Assembly (NCBI RefSeq): GCF_009914755.1
Contig: NC_060946.1
Length of the DNA: 64,000 nucleotides
Reading direction: 5' to 3' (one strand)
DNA from: the human T2T-CHM13v2.0 reference genome, Homo sapiens
In this document: one piece after another, positions 27,951 to 43,133 of the stretch
Layout: the number at the start of each line of letters is the position of its first letter
How positions within the stretch are numbered: the stretch's first letter is position 1
Made by a program: the position numbers and the translations under genes
Notes under the pieces: generated by a model
What the model was told of the DNA's origin: nothing
What the model saw: the letters and a program-made list of their open reading frames with translations, nothing else
Database searches by the model: none

Positions 27951-28026
27951 ATCCTCCTTTTCAGTCAAGTTCTCACTTAGTTGAGAGTGTGACCAAAATG
28001 TAGGGCCTTAGCCTCACTCTTAGTTA

Positions 28027-28270
28027 CCATTGTTTTGGGTTTCCGGTTTAGCACATCACTCCCATTGTTTTGGGTAATGGTTTTAGCACGTCACTCCCAT
28101 TGTTTTGGGTTTCTGGTTTAGCACGTCACTCCCATTGTTTTGGGTTCTGGTTTTAGTACATCACTCCCATTGTTTTGGGTTCCGGTTTTAGTACATCAGT
28201 CCCATTGTTTTGGGTTTCTGGTTTAGCATGTCACTCCCATTGTTTTGGGTTTCTGGTTTAGCATGTCACT
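28027..28270. repeat. 35-bp minisatellite, about 7 copies
   Basis: Unit CACTCCCATTGTTTTGGGTTTCTGGTTTAGCATGT. Confidence 0.93.
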
Positions 28271-29471
28271 CATAGGTTACGGTGTCCTTATGGTTGCACA
28301 TTTTTTTTAATCTGTTGTCATTCCAGATGAAGAGATACCATTTGACATTTTAGAGATGGCTGCATGCAAACTCTTAAAACATTTGAGTAAGTACAGTGCA
28401 CCAGGGAGACTCTTATGACTATTGGGATAACACCAAGAATTTGGTATATGCTCCTTACTCCGGGTCCCCATAAATCAAACCACCTAAAATCAAATAGATT
28501 AAAGAATGAATTAGATAAAGAGTTTACTTGCTTAACTAAGTGGGTTTTTTTGTTAATTCCCTACAACCAAATCTTTATAATACCCGATGTTTTCTCCATA
28601 TGCCATGTTAGCAGCTGCACAGATACTTAAGATAATAGTCTCATGATAGTAGAGAAGTCTTGATCTGTGATCTTGGGAAAAGCTGTTCACATTAAGGATG
28701 CTATCTTCTTCTGGGGGGGAACTGTCCTTGTTAGCTTTACCTTAAGGGTTCCAAGGGGTGTATGGTTCCGAGTGTGGAGGGACCCTTCTGAGTTGTAAGA
28801 CTATGAACCCAAAGTTTAAGGTTTTAAAGTTTTGCTGTCATGTGGATGGCAAGGGCAGTCCTCTGATGTTCTCAGAAGATCCAGTCATCATATTCTAGAT
28901 TGTGAAGGGGTTGGCTGTCCTCTGTGAACCATAAAAGGCTTTCTTTAGCTGGTGAAAATACACTTCAGCATAATAATCTACTGTTTTAACATCAACCCTC
29001 TTGCATGGAAGAGCTTTTTTACAATCAGAAAACATGCACTGAAAATGACAACTGAATGAAATCCCTTTATAAAATGTTTAAATGGCCCATCAGGTAACCA
29101 AATGCACCTGAAGTTTTGATTGTTTTCCTAGGAATATAGGTTCGACAAACCAAACATTGATTATAAACTATTTTAGCAATTTAGAGATCACCACAGCAAT
29201 ATATTTAATTTGGATCATTTTCTCTTTCCATGATGAGTTATGGAATGCAGAACTTTTAATAACAAAAGTTTTAAGGACTTAAGACGGAAAGGTGGCCATC
29301 CTGGTTCTTCATAAGTCCGTGCTTAATTAACATTAGACTTACATCCTCTTGAATACCAGCTGTTTCTTCAAATTAGGTGCATGGCACTGGTAACTGATGA
29401 GTTATAGGTAATTTGGCTTAGACCATGGAGTGTATTTAAATTATATATCTAAACAATTTCAATATTGGTGA

Positions 29472-29876
<405 letters not shown>

Positions 29877-30173
29877 TAACTTTTGAGAATTCTTAACCAG
29901 TCCAATTATTGGGGGATCGGGGAACTTATGGGGAATTTTTACCCATGATATTAAAGTTATTAGAAACCTGTGTTCCCGAGTGTTTTTCATGTTCCTTTTC
30001 ATTCTTTCATGAATCTTCTATTCTAGAATTTTGCATGCTTGTGAAGCTTTTAGAAACTGCATCACCATTAAGCAATTAACTGTGGAAATGACTTTAAATA
30101 GTTATAGTTAAAGACAATTGATAAGGAAATTTGCTTATTTCTGTGGTCTACAATAACTTAATAACCATAATTA

Positions 30174-30470
<297 letters not shown>

Positions 30471-30518
30471 GGTAATTATGATAGATAGCATATAGGCATA
30501 TTAGAATTTTAGAATCCT

Positions 30519-30895
<377 letters not shown>

Positions 30896-31354
30896 TTATT
30901 TTGACAGTGCTACCCATGTGACTTAACATGTTAAATAGTCCTGTTTACCTCTCTTTTGGGTGCTTCAAGGGCCTCTGTAGTATCCCAATGGTAGAGGTCA
31001 GAAAAGACAATTTTGAAGTTGAAATTTGATTTTGGGAAGCCTATTAAATATATTAAAAGTTTAAACACTTGATGTTATGAAATAGAATTCCAGGTCACCG
31101 TAAGTCATTCATTTACTTAAAATCATGACTTAAAAAAGTTTTAAAGGGCAAAAATCTTTACTCATTGATAGAGGGAAGACTTATCTTCACAAACGATCTG
31201 CCTCTTGTTTTTCCTTTTTTTTTTTTTGGTAGTTTATTTAAAAGGCAAACAAATTTTTCATTATTTTTTAATATTACCTGAACATCTTCTTTAAAGAGAG
31301 AAAGCCAAATGTCACCCACTTTTTCATAAAACCTTATAGACAAACCTATTATTC

Positions 31355-31665
31355 TTTCTTTTTTTTTTTTTTTTTTTTTTTTGAGATGGATTTTCCCTCT
31401 TGTTGCCCAGGCTGGAGTGCAATGGTGTGATCTCGGTTCACTGCAACCCCCTGCCTCCCCTGTTCAAGCGATTCTCCTGCCCCAGCCTCCTGAGTAGCTG
31501 GGATTAGAGGCATGGGCCACCATGCCCAGCTAATTTTGTGTTTTTAGTAGAGACGGGGTTTTTCCTTGTTGGTCAGGCTGGCCCTGAACTCCTTACCTCA
31601 GGTGATCCACCTGCCTCAGCCTCCCCAAGTGTTGGGATTACAAGCACGAGCCACTGCACCTGGCC
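31355..31665 (-). mobile_element. Alu (AluS-like), followed by a short Alu 3' fragment to about 31703
   Basis: Reverse Alu with long T tail. Confidence 0.92.
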
Positions 31666-32609
31666 ATTTTTTTTTTTTAAAGATTGCGTCTTGCTCTGTC
31701 ACCCTCCTCACCACATTATAGCTCTGGGGGCCAAGCTGCATCACAATGGAAAATCATGGAATCGCAGGAAGAATCCACTCAGCTTTGCCAAATGCAGCCC
31801 AAGGGGTTGCTTGGAGTAACCAAATTAACATTTTTCATTCTGCCCAGAGCAAAATACATGTGACAAAACATAGACACGTGCCACTTTGCTCAGCACCCAG
31901 TATCAAACTGGTAAGACTCAAACTTGCTCCCAGATGGGCCGTGCCATCTCTAAATCTTTTTAGAAGCTTCTGCATATTAATAGGCATCCCTAGATGAGAC
32001 TAATTTGGGAGCCCTCATTTTTAAATGCACTTCAGGGCATTATTCATTTGGAATGTTCCACTGTAAGTTATCTTAATAAGATTTTGCCATTTCTGTAAGA
32101 CTTTGCTGCTTCCCAGGCCTAATGTATTAGCCAGAAGGAGCTTAGTTTTCCAGAAATTAAGGATCCTATTTTTACCAAAAATATTGGCTTTACTCCCAGG
32201 TTCCCTTCATTAACTTAGCCAATGATTTTTTTTTCCTGCTTAAGAATGCGAGAAAAATGAAACAAAGGGGTAGAACACAAAAATCCCTGTGAATTTTCAA
32301 AAGCCAAATGTTACAACCTTCCAATATTATCATTTACTACCACTTTCCTTCTGACCCAGTCAGATGTAGGAGGCCTCTAACTGGAACTGGATTCAAGCCA
32401 GTTAACTACTGGATCAAATCTGATCCTGGACCTGGTCCCTTTTCTGTCATAACTTCTAAAACATCCAGCCAGTCATGGCTGGATAGCAGTTTGGAACAGA
32501 AATTTGCTCAAAGAAACTCAGAGCTCAAAACACAAATCCATGGAGCTCTGAAATCCGAGAGAAAATTTACCATGATCCCCAGCTGCTCCGAGAGGTCAAA
32601 GGACACAAG

Positions 32610-33863
32610 TGTTACAGAATCTGAGGCGTCACTTTTCTGCCTGAAACCTCTGGCTGGTGGAGCCTTTACCTGTGTTTTGCTTGGGCCCACTGGGTTAGTT
32701 CTGTCCACTCAGCTCATGCTAGTGGTCTGGATCCCACACCTGCCAAGGGCGAGCTGGGTACAGAGCAGTGAGGGGTGTGTGAGCAAGCGAGCATGGGATC
32801 TGGCCACTGCACACAGCCAAGCATGCCAGCTGCAGTGGGGTGGGCAGCTCCAGGCACAGATGCCAGCTCCCTGTGAGGCTGCAGCTGGACCAGGCCGACT
32901 GCAAACAGCTTCCACTGTGGGTATCAGGGAATGCAGTGGCACCCAGAAGCTTGGAGATGCAGGACCTGCAGAGCCCCAAAGAAGGTGTCACAGCCCTGGC
33001 TGGGGGAGCTCCTAGGTCTGTGTTCCCTGAAGGGACACAGCTCTTCTCTCCTTCTCTCTTCTCTTCTTCTTGCCTGCAATTTGGCAAGCAAGGAGCGCGT
33101 TTCAGCCCTGTTTATGTTACACCTCTTTCAGCCCTGCTAGTTGGCAGGTCCCGAGTTCTTGTCCTGAGTCCAGGAAAAATGAGGTATGTGGACAAGTAGA
33201 AGGTGAGCAAGGTGAAGAGGTGCTTTATTGAGCCACAGTACAGCTCAGAGGAGACCTGCAGTGGGTAGTTCCTTTCTGCAGGCAGGTCATCCCAACGTCT
33301 GTTCAGCTCTCAGCAGCTGAGAGGAGATGCACGGTGGGTAGCTGTGCCCATAGTGCCCAGGCGTTGGAGCTGAGGAGGGCCTTCTGGCCACTGCTGAGCC
33401 ACTCTTAGCCCCACCTCACCCTCCCTCCTGTGCTTGCCAGTGCCCAAAGTCTGGAGGGGGCCAAGGTGGCAGGGGGCTGGCATGTCAGCACTGCCCTGAG
33501 CTTGCACAAACCGGGCCGTGTTGTGACTGTGCCCGGGTTTGGCCTCAACTTGGATCCGAATTTGGAGTGGGTTCTGGAAGCAGAGGGACGCCAGGTGGCA
33601 GGACCAGGTACAACTGAGCCTGCGGGGCAGGGGGGCTTGCTGGGCCTCTGAGAGTGCAGAGATGCCCGGGTTTGCAGTCATGGCTGGATGGCTGCAGCTG
33701 TGCCTGGGAGGGCGGGGTTCCTGCCTGATAATTTAGAAGGGACAGGTCTCCCACCCATTCCTGGCTCCCACCAGCTTTGAGGAGTGCACAGCCCCAGCCA
33801 CTCCTCCCCACTGCAGCCAGTGTCTCCATAGCAACTGCTCCACGTGGGCCACTGCTGCCATCA
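32610..33863 (-). mobile_element. MER52-like solo LTR nested in the provirus
   Basis: TGTTAC...GCCATCA termini; near-TSD CAAG / CAAA; reverse-complement similarity to 15880-16416. Confidence 0.8.
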
Positions 33864-33982
33864 CAAACGGGTCCTTTCAGGTTCCTTCCTTGTACCTCAG
33901 CACTCTGGGGGTCATTAGAAGCCTTAGCAACACTGCTCACCACAGTATAGCTCCAGAGGCCCTAGCAGTCCTGCTCCCACAG

Positions 33983-34000
33983 ATCCCACTTCTGACACCA
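33983..34000 (-). promoter_or_regulatory. Primer-binding site for tRNA-Leu(CAA)
   Basis: Minus strand reads TGGTGTCAGAAGTGGGAT, the complement of the tRNA-Leu 3' end ATCCCACTTCTGACACCA, 2 nt from the LTR. Confidence 0.85.
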
Positions 34001-34877
34001 TCTATTAAAAGAAAATCTTCAGCTGAATTAAATTTAAAGGAACTTAATTGAGCAATGAATGATTCACGAGTCAGGCAGCCCCCAGAATCACAGCAGATTT
34101 GGTGAGACTCCAGCACAGACACATGGTGGAAGATTTATAGACAATAAAGGGAACATGATGTACAAAAATCTGAAGTGAGGAGTGAGGTCTAGAAGCAACT
34201 GGGTCCATTACAGTTCTCAGCAGTGAGGTCCAGAAACAACTGGACTGGTTACAGTGCTCAGCATTTGCCTTATTTGAACACAGCTGAACACTCAGCAGTG
34301 TGTGAGTGGCAGAAGTTTGGCTGTTGGGATTGGCCACGACTCAGCTACTGTTTTAGGCACATACTCCTAAGTTAGGTTTTCAGTCTTTCTACCTATTAAG
34401 TTAGGTTGCAGTTTGTCCACAGGGACTCAAATCTAGAAGTACAGAGTCCTTCCCAGGCCATATTTAGTTCACTGTAACAGTTCCTATTATGACCTCACTG
34501 ACAGTTCTTTTTCTCTGAATTCTCCTTTCTTCTCAACAGCTTGTCCAAATGTTCCATTGGTCCCTGTTCATCTTGCCCTGCAGTTCTCCTTGACTGATTC
34601 AGCCCTTTGTGGTTTGCAGTCCTGTTTCTCTACAGCTTGGACCTCTTCAGTCTTTCCATCATAGGTTTAACTCTCTGTTGAATGCTTCTTTGTAGCTATC
34701 CAAATTTACCTTAAGCTCAAAAAATTCGAAGTGAAAGCCACATCCTCTTCTCTTCCCTTATGTGTATGGCATTACTACCATGCAGCCAGTGACCCAAAAT
34801 GGGATTTCTTCTGGGCTTTTCTTGCTTAGATTCAGGCTCATCTGGTGTCAAGCCTTGTTACTTTTGTTTCCTTGTTC

Positions 34878-35182
34878 TTTTATTTTTATTTTTTTTCTTT
34901 TGAGACAGAGTTTCGCTCTTGTTGCCCAGGCTAGAGCGCAGTGGTGTGATCTCAGCTCACTGCAGCCTCCACCTCCTGGGTTCAAGCAATTCTCCTGCCT
35001 CAGCTCCTGAGTAGCTGGTATTACAGGCATGTGCCACCATGCCCGGCTAATTTTGTATGTTTAGTAGAGATGGGGTTTCTCTGTTTTGATCAGGGTGGTC
35101 TCGAACTCCCGACCTCAGGTGATCCGCCCACCTCGGCCTCCCAAAGTGCTGGGATTACAGACGTGAGCCACCGTGCCTGGCC
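34878..35182 (-). mobile_element. Alu (AluS-like)
   Basis: Reverse Alu with TSD-like CTTGTT(C/G)TTTT on both sides. Confidence 0.92.
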
Positions 35183-36060
35183 TGCTTGTTGTTTTCATCT
35201 CATCCTGATTTCCGAATACAGGAGAGAAGCTGAGTTGGTGTTCACTAACAAGCACAGAAGCTTTGTTATATTTACAGTGTCATTCTTGGCAAAACCTGAA
35301 GGGTGTGTTTGTGGGGTGATGAGGTTCAGTCACCTGTGACCTGTGCATCTGGCCAGCACTGTGGTGACATCCTTAGGAATCCATGGGGAGAGAGAAAGCA
35401 TTCAGGAGTTAGTGGGTCACATTTGACAAGGGCCAATAAAGAAATATGCAAAGACAAAAAACAAGAAGAACATTGTCATATTTTCTACCTTTTGTTTATA
35501 TAAATTTATGTCAATGATTTTAGCTTATGTTAATATGCAATGTATATAATATGCTAACATTTACAATATATGTTTATAGTTTAAACATTTCTGTCATATT
35601 TTCAGATTCTTTAAAGATTATATTACGCTTCCTATTTCAGATAGCTGCTTAAAATGAGTAAGGAAAAACGGATGTGTGCATCAGTTCCAACTGTTTATGT
35701 ACTAAAACTAGTTGATATCTTGGTTAAGAACAAAAAGTGACAACCTAATTAACTGAAAATTTTAAGTGGGCAATTATAGTTTTAGCTTTAACGTAAAATA
35801 TTAACTATGCTCCATTCTTGCATTTTTAACCTAATACTCAATATAAATCACCACATGCCATGTTTCAGATCAAGGTTTTACTTGGGATCTCTCATGAGTT
35901 TTTCAAGGTTTTAATTATCTGCAATGTAACAATGTACCAGTAACCTTACTGGCTTAAACCAGAAATTTATTCTTTTTACATGTCACAATTTTCTGGGTCA
36001 AGACACTGGACAGGGCAGTGTGGGTTGGCTGCTTCGTGATGTCCCTGGTCTCATCTGGGA

Positions 36061-36133
36061 GGACTCTAGTGGCTGGGGACATGAAGCAGGCACCCAGAAG
36101 GACTCTAGTGGCTGGGGACATGGAGCAGGCACC
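36061..36133. repeat. 39-bp tandem duplication
   Basis: GGACTCTAGTGGCTGGGGACATG.AGCAGGCACC twice. Confidence 0.9.
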
Positions 36134-36531
36134 GAGCCCTCTCTTTGTGGCCAGCACGGACTTCCTCCCAGTCTGGCAGTGTCAGTTAGTCAGGTTTGTC
36201 TGGCTTCTCCCAGGGTGTGTGTCCAAGAGGCCCAGGCAGAAGCTGTAAGGCCTCTCATGATCATCCCTCAGAAGTCCCAGAGCATCTATCCTGCCACACT
36301 GTCCAGTCATACTCATCACTGAGACCAGCCATGATTCAAGGGGGGAAGGTGATTAGATTCCACCTCTTGATGAGAAGAATAGTAGGAACCTGCAGCAGTC
36401 TTTAATAAACCACAGTTTGTCCTCTGGCCACAAACTATTAACGTTTCTCCCACATGCAAATTATGCTTTGCCCCTCTCAAGAGTCCCAGAATGGTTTTCC
36501 TTATGGCACTGGCTGGTAGCCCAACTGAATC

Positions 36532-36710
36532 CTGAATCAGGTTGTGGTGGCCTGTCATCTGCACCCACACACACTCAGCCGCAGTGAGGACTGAATCAAG
36601 TTATGGTGGCCTGTCATCTGCCCCCCCACACACAGCCACAGTGGGGACTGAATCAGGTTGTTGTGACCTATCATCTGTGCCCACACACTCAGCCGCAGTG
36701 AGGGGACTGG
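36532..36710. repeat. About 57-60-bp tandem repeat, 3 copies
   Basis: CTGAATCAGGTTGTGGTGGCCTGTCATCTG...CAGCCGCAGTGAGGA repeated. Confidence 0.88.
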
Positions 36711-38800
36711 TGTGAAAACAGTCAGCATTTCCCTTTAGAAGCTGTTGGTGGGAGGCAGGAGGGAGGTGCTGCCCTGCAGGCCCCGTCTAACAGCTGGTCA
36801 TTCCCATGGGGCGCCTGTTACAGTTCTGTGATTAGTGCCCAGTACGGGTCCCTGAGAACGGCGCCCAGTCCTTGTCCCTGAGAACGGCGTTTGTGTCCTT
36901 TTACTCCTCCCTCTGGGCTTTTGTCATTCTCCATGTTCTTTTTCCTTCAGTGCCTGGGTTGCCGTTGACCAACTTTCTCTGCCTTTTTCTTATGGTCAAT
37001 AGGGTATTCAATGGCTTCTTTTTAATTTTTTTCCTTTTCTTTTTTTTTTTCTTTGGCCTTTTGAGACAAGAAATTATTTCTTTATATTTTCTCTAAATTT
37101 TGTTTGAAAAGTGAACTTCCTTCTTTAGATCATGTCCCTCTCCTGTCATATTTATTCAATGACAGTTAGGGTAGGCTGGTAGCACTTTCCATGTTCTTCC
37201 CAGATGTCTCCTTAGGCAGATCCCTGAGACGGTGCAGTGCCCTTTCGGTTTCCATGTTGTGGCCGTAGTTTTCTCACAGTCCCTCAGCACATAACTCTCA
37301 GGCCTTTTCCCCACTTTCCAATGACATTTTCTCACCGTCCTTCAGGCCCTGACCAAGAGTCTTGATGCCCTTCCAGGTTGCATGAATGGTCTCCTTGAGG
37401 CCCAGTTACAGGTCAGCCTCACAGTCGTGGCACATATTGTAGCTTCTGATTACCACAGCGGCTCATTTCCAGCTACCATATTCTGTTCCAGTTATCTATT
37501 CTGAAGAAACCATCCCCAAAACTTGGCAGCTTAAAACAACTCATTATTACCTGTTTTTTGGCTTAGAGAGTCTTGGTGGCCAGCTCATCTCACACACAGT
37601 TGCAGCCAAGCTGGATTGTGTGAAAGCACAGTGGGGTGGTGTGCAGGGTGGCTCACTAGTGGTTGGGAGTGGATGTTGCTGAAGGCTCACTAGTGGTTGG
37701 GAGTCGGTGTTGCTGGAGGGTCAGTGGGGGATGTCAATGTGTGTAGCTAGTCACGGACTGGCCATGTGGTTTCCATCATGAGGTCTCAGGGGAGTGGGAT
37801 TTCCTGCCTGGTGACTGGCTTTCTCCTGGATAAGTGTTCTGTTTTCTCAGCCTGGCTTCTGAAGTCCCCAAATACCACCTTTGTCACCTTCTGTTGGCCA
37901 AGCAAGTTAGTAGTCTGGGCAAGGTTTAAGGGGAATTGGTTCTCACAGAGAGAGGAGCAGGAAAGAAGTTGTCACCTTTAGTCTACCAGAAATATGATTT
38001 TTATAACAAGTTTGTTCCAAATACATTCCAGTTCCCCTTGTGAATACTTTTTTGACTCACAGGGTATTTCAAAGTTTATTACTTGGTTTTCAGACATTTG
38101 AAGCTTTTCTGGATATCAATTTGTTGTTGGTTTCTAATTTAATTTCAGGTGTTCAGACAACATACTTTGTATACTATGTCATGCTTGAACATTTTCTCAA
38201 TTGATCAACATACAGTCTATCTTGGTACTGTCAAGTACCATTTGGGTCAGGATTTTGTCATTTAGATCCGTATTTTTCCTATATTTTTATCTGGTTGTTC
38301 CGTCAGTTACTGAGAGAGCAGTATTAATTCACCAGCTATAATTTTGGATTGTCAATTTCCTGCTTTTGTTCTGTTGTTTTTGATTCACATAATTTGAGGC
38401 TCTGTGTGTGAGAGTACTTTGTGTGCACTTTGAGGCACAATTTATAATTGTAACATCACCCTCTCTGATTCTTTTGTTTTTATGCAATTACCTTTTTTAT
38501 TTCTGGTGATATATTTTGTTCTGGAGCCTCTTTCATCTAGTGTTAACGTCTCTGTTGAAGCTTTTTATGATTAGTGTCTGGATAGCATATTTTTATGATT
38601 AGTGTCTGCATAGCATATTTTTTCTCATACTTTGTGTCTTTGTATTTAAATTGTGTCTCTGTGGATGCCATATTGTTGGGTCTTGCTTTCCTCTCAGGTC
38701 TGGCAGTCTCTGTCTTAAGTAGAGTATTTGTCCAGTTACATTGTAACTAATCATTGCTAAGGTTGGATTTAGGTCTGCCATTTTTCTACTTATTTTCTAT

Positions 38801-39100
38801 TTGTTTTTTTTTTTTTTTTTAAGACAGGGTCTTGCTCTGTCACCGAGACTGTAGTGCAATGGTGCAATGTTGGCTCACTGCAACCTCTGCCTCCCAGGCC
38901 CAACCAATCCTCACTGGAGCCCACTGAGTAGCTGGGACTACAGGCACATGGAAACACACCTGGCTAATTTTTATATTTTTTGTAGAGATAGGGTTTTGCC
39001 ATGTTGCACAGGCTGGTCTTGAACTCCTGAGCTCAAGCAATCTACCCACCTTGGCCTCCCAAAGTGTTTGGATGACAGGCATGAGCCACCATGTCTGGCC
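38801..39100 (-). mobile_element. Alu (AluJ-like)
   Basis: Reverse Alu. Confidence 0.88.
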
Positions 39101-39211
39101 TTCGTCTGTGTTTTGATCTTCTATATATTCTTTCCTAACTTCTTTTGGGTTAAATATTTCTAAATATTCCAGTTTGATTAATATTTTGGCTTTTTGAAAT
39201 AATTTTTTATA

Positions 39212-39511
<300 letters not shown>

Positions 39512-39857
39512 TTATAAATAATTTATTATTTAGAATTTTCGTAACAAACACATACCTTAAAATTTACCATCGTAACCAGTTGTAGGTATACAGTTTTGTA
39601 GAGTTAAGAATATTTACGGTGCTGTGTAGCAGATTTCTAGATTTTTTTTTTATCTTGGAAAATTCTATACCCATTCAACAACTATTAATTTCCCCCTCCT
39701 TCCACCTCCTGGCAAGTACTATTCTACTTTGTGTTTCTAAAAATTTGGCTTATATACCTAGGGTTATATAATATTTGTTGTTTTGTAAGTAGGTTCCATG
39801 TTATGTGTCAGATGTGTCACGATTTTCTTCCTTTCTATGGCTGAATAATATTTCTTC

Positions 39858-39919
39858 ATATATATATTATATATATATTACATATATAATATATATATAT
39901 ATATCATGTATATATATAT
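39858..39919. repeat. (TA)n microsatellite, imperfect
   Basis: Directly visible. Confidence 0.9.
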
Positions 39920-41437
39920 GCTTTTGTTTATCCACCTATTTCTGGACGGACGTTTTGGTTTCTTCCACCTTGTGGCTGTGTAATGCTGCTGTGAACTTAG
40001 GTGTGCACATATCTGTTTGAGGTCCTGCTACTAGTTATTCTGTCTCTGTAATAGTTGGATGGCTGGATCATATGGTCATTTTATTTTATTTTTTTTGAGG
40101 AGCCAGTTCATATTTCCACCAACAGTGTTCAAGGGTTACAGTTTCACCTGCGCTTGTTACTTTCTGTTGGGTTTGAAGTGATGTCCCATTGTGGTTTCTT
40201 TTTGCATTTCTCTAATGACTAGTGATGTTACACATCTTCTCATATATCTCATGTATCTGTTGGCTATTTGTATATCATCTTTGCATCTTTGGATAAATGT
40301 TGTTTGTCCATTTTTTAATCATTTTATTTTGTTGTTGGGTTGTAGCGGGGTTTTTGTCATGATCATTCATTTATCTCACAGTTCATTCTCATTACTTGGG
40401 CCAGGGTCATGATGGTTCATTATCTCTCAGTTCATCCTCATTACGTTGGGCAAACAGTCATGCTGCAGGGTATAGATTATGTTATTCTGTTACTTTCAGG
40501 TAGAATTGGGGTCTAGGTTATAATTGTTTCTAAGTTTAGATTCTGAATGAGAATCAGCAGAGGTAGACCACCACTGCTGGGGCCTGGGGATTGCTGGGAA
40601 AAAGGCAGGAAACAAATACAGACCTGACCATGGAGGGTTTGTGTTTCATGGCTCCCATCTGGGTACCCAAGGAACCTACACGTAGCTCGTGTGTGGAGAG
40701 CCTACATTGCCCACTCAAAGCAATTGAGGATGGAACAGTCTTGGGGCTGGAGCTCATTATTTGGAATGATAACCACATCTGCACAGAGAGGACCTGATAA
40801 GATGTTGTCCTTCCATGTATATCTGGGAATCCTGTGTAGGGTCTCTCTGTAAGGACAGGAGCAGTGTTGGCTCCTTGGCCTCTAGTTAGCCTCACGAGTA
40901 GTCTAGTAAAGGCTTTGCCAACTAGTCACCATCTGTGGATATTCTGGCCAGCTCTTGTTTTCACCCTACTGACTTCTTCAGACACTAGGCTTTTGCTTCA
41001 GACCATTCATGGTTTTTCTTCCTCTTCAAATCAGTAATCAATAAATCCTCTTCAAATCAATAAATTTCCACTCCTTTAGGAAACTCTGATCTTCTGGTCA
41101 TGCCAAGGTTTAATTAACTGGTTTAATTGTTTTTCTGTTTTCTTGGTTTCTTTTTCCTTCTTCCTGGGGGTTTCTAGTAATTTTAGTTTGATGTCTCACT
41201 TTCTCCATTTTTTATTTCTTAGTTTTCTTCTGTGATTATTTTCACTGCAGCTGCAGGGCCTAATCCTGGGTTGGCAGATAACTAGCACTTACTCTGCCCT
41301 AATTGGAATCCGGGAGAGATAGGAGGTGCTCTAGTGTGAAAATGTGTTTGCTCCTCTCTGCTTCTGGTAGTCTCTCTGTAGGAGTACTTTACGTATTCTG
41401 AATGTTCACTTCTTATGAGATACATGATGTGCAACTA

Positions 41438-41650
41438 TAGGTTGAATGTCTCTGATCCAAACATCTGAAATCCCAAATGCTCCAAATTCTGAAACTTTTT
41501 GAGTGCCAACATGACACTCAAAGGAAATGCTTATTGGAGCATCGCAGACTCAGGTGTTTGAATTCGAGATGCTCAACCAGTAAGAATAATGCAAATATTA
41601 CAAAATCTGAAACACATCCCAAGCATTTCAAATAAGGGACACTCAACTGG
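41438..41650. mobile_element. Tc1/mariner MITE (Tigger4a/MER46-like)
   Basis: TIR-like TAGGTTGAA...CTCAACTGG flanked by TA dinucleotides. Confidence 0.75.
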
Positions 41651-42376
41651 TATTTTCTTTTATTCTACAGTTTGCCTTTTACCCTGTTGGTTGTGACCTT
41701 TGTGGTACAGAAGTTTTTAGGTTTGATATATTTTTGCTTTTACTGCCTGAGCTTTTAATGTCATATCCTAAAAATTATTGACAAATTCATCATCATAAAG
41801 CATTTTCCAAATTTGTTTTCCCTAGGAGTTTGATAGTTCTAGTTTTACTTTTAGGTTTATAATTCACTTTGAATTAATTTTAACGTGGTGTAAGGTAAGA
41901 GTCCAACTTCATTATTTTGCATGTAGATATACAATTTTCCCAACACCATTTGTTGAAGAAACTGTCCTTCGCCATTGAGTGGTCTTGGCATCCTTGTGGA
42001 AGATCATCAGACCATATATGCCAGGGTTGGTTTCTGAGGTCTCTGTTGTGTTGGTCCATAAGTGTGTCAAGTATGTCTTTACGCCATGACCACTTTTTTT
42101 TTGGCTTATTGCAGTTTTGTAATTGTTTTGAGACCTTTAATTTTGTTCTGCTTCAAGATTGATTTGCCTATTCATGGGCCCTGGAGATTCCATATGAATT
42201 TTAGGATAGGTTTTTCTGTTTATCAAAAATGTCATTGGAATCTTTATAAGGATTGTATTGAACCTAGGTCACTTCGAGTAGTGTTGACATCATTCCAAGA
42301 TGAAATCATCTAATCTGCAAACCCACCTTTTCTTTTCATTTATTTGTGTTTAATTTCTTTCAACAGTGTTTTATAG

Positions 42377-42749
<373 letters not shown>

Positions 42750-42767
42750 AAATGTCATTCTTTTTAA

Positions 42768-43133
<366 letters not shown>

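Larger units (their letters stand above)
35905..37990 (-). mobile_element. MaLR MLT1-type element: two LTRs (about 35905-36413 and 37484-37990) around about 1.1 kb of internal sequence
   Basis: Both LTRs start with the reverse-MLT1 pattern (...GCTTAAA(A)C...) and end in -CCACA / -CCAGA; highly diverged. Confidence 0.6.

Noticed and set aside
25683-28270. 42-bp and 35-bp repeats, and CER, as CRISPR-like arrays
   Set aside because: They are head-to-tail repeats without unique spacers, there are no cas genes, and the DNA is primate.
32308-33943. 235-aa and other ORFs, likewise 15866-16417
   Set aside because: They lie in GC-rich MER52-like LTR sequence and have no retroviral or cellular motifs.
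33983-34000. tRNA gene
   Set aside because: Only the 3' 18 nt including CCA are present, adjacent to an LTR, so it is a primer-binding site.
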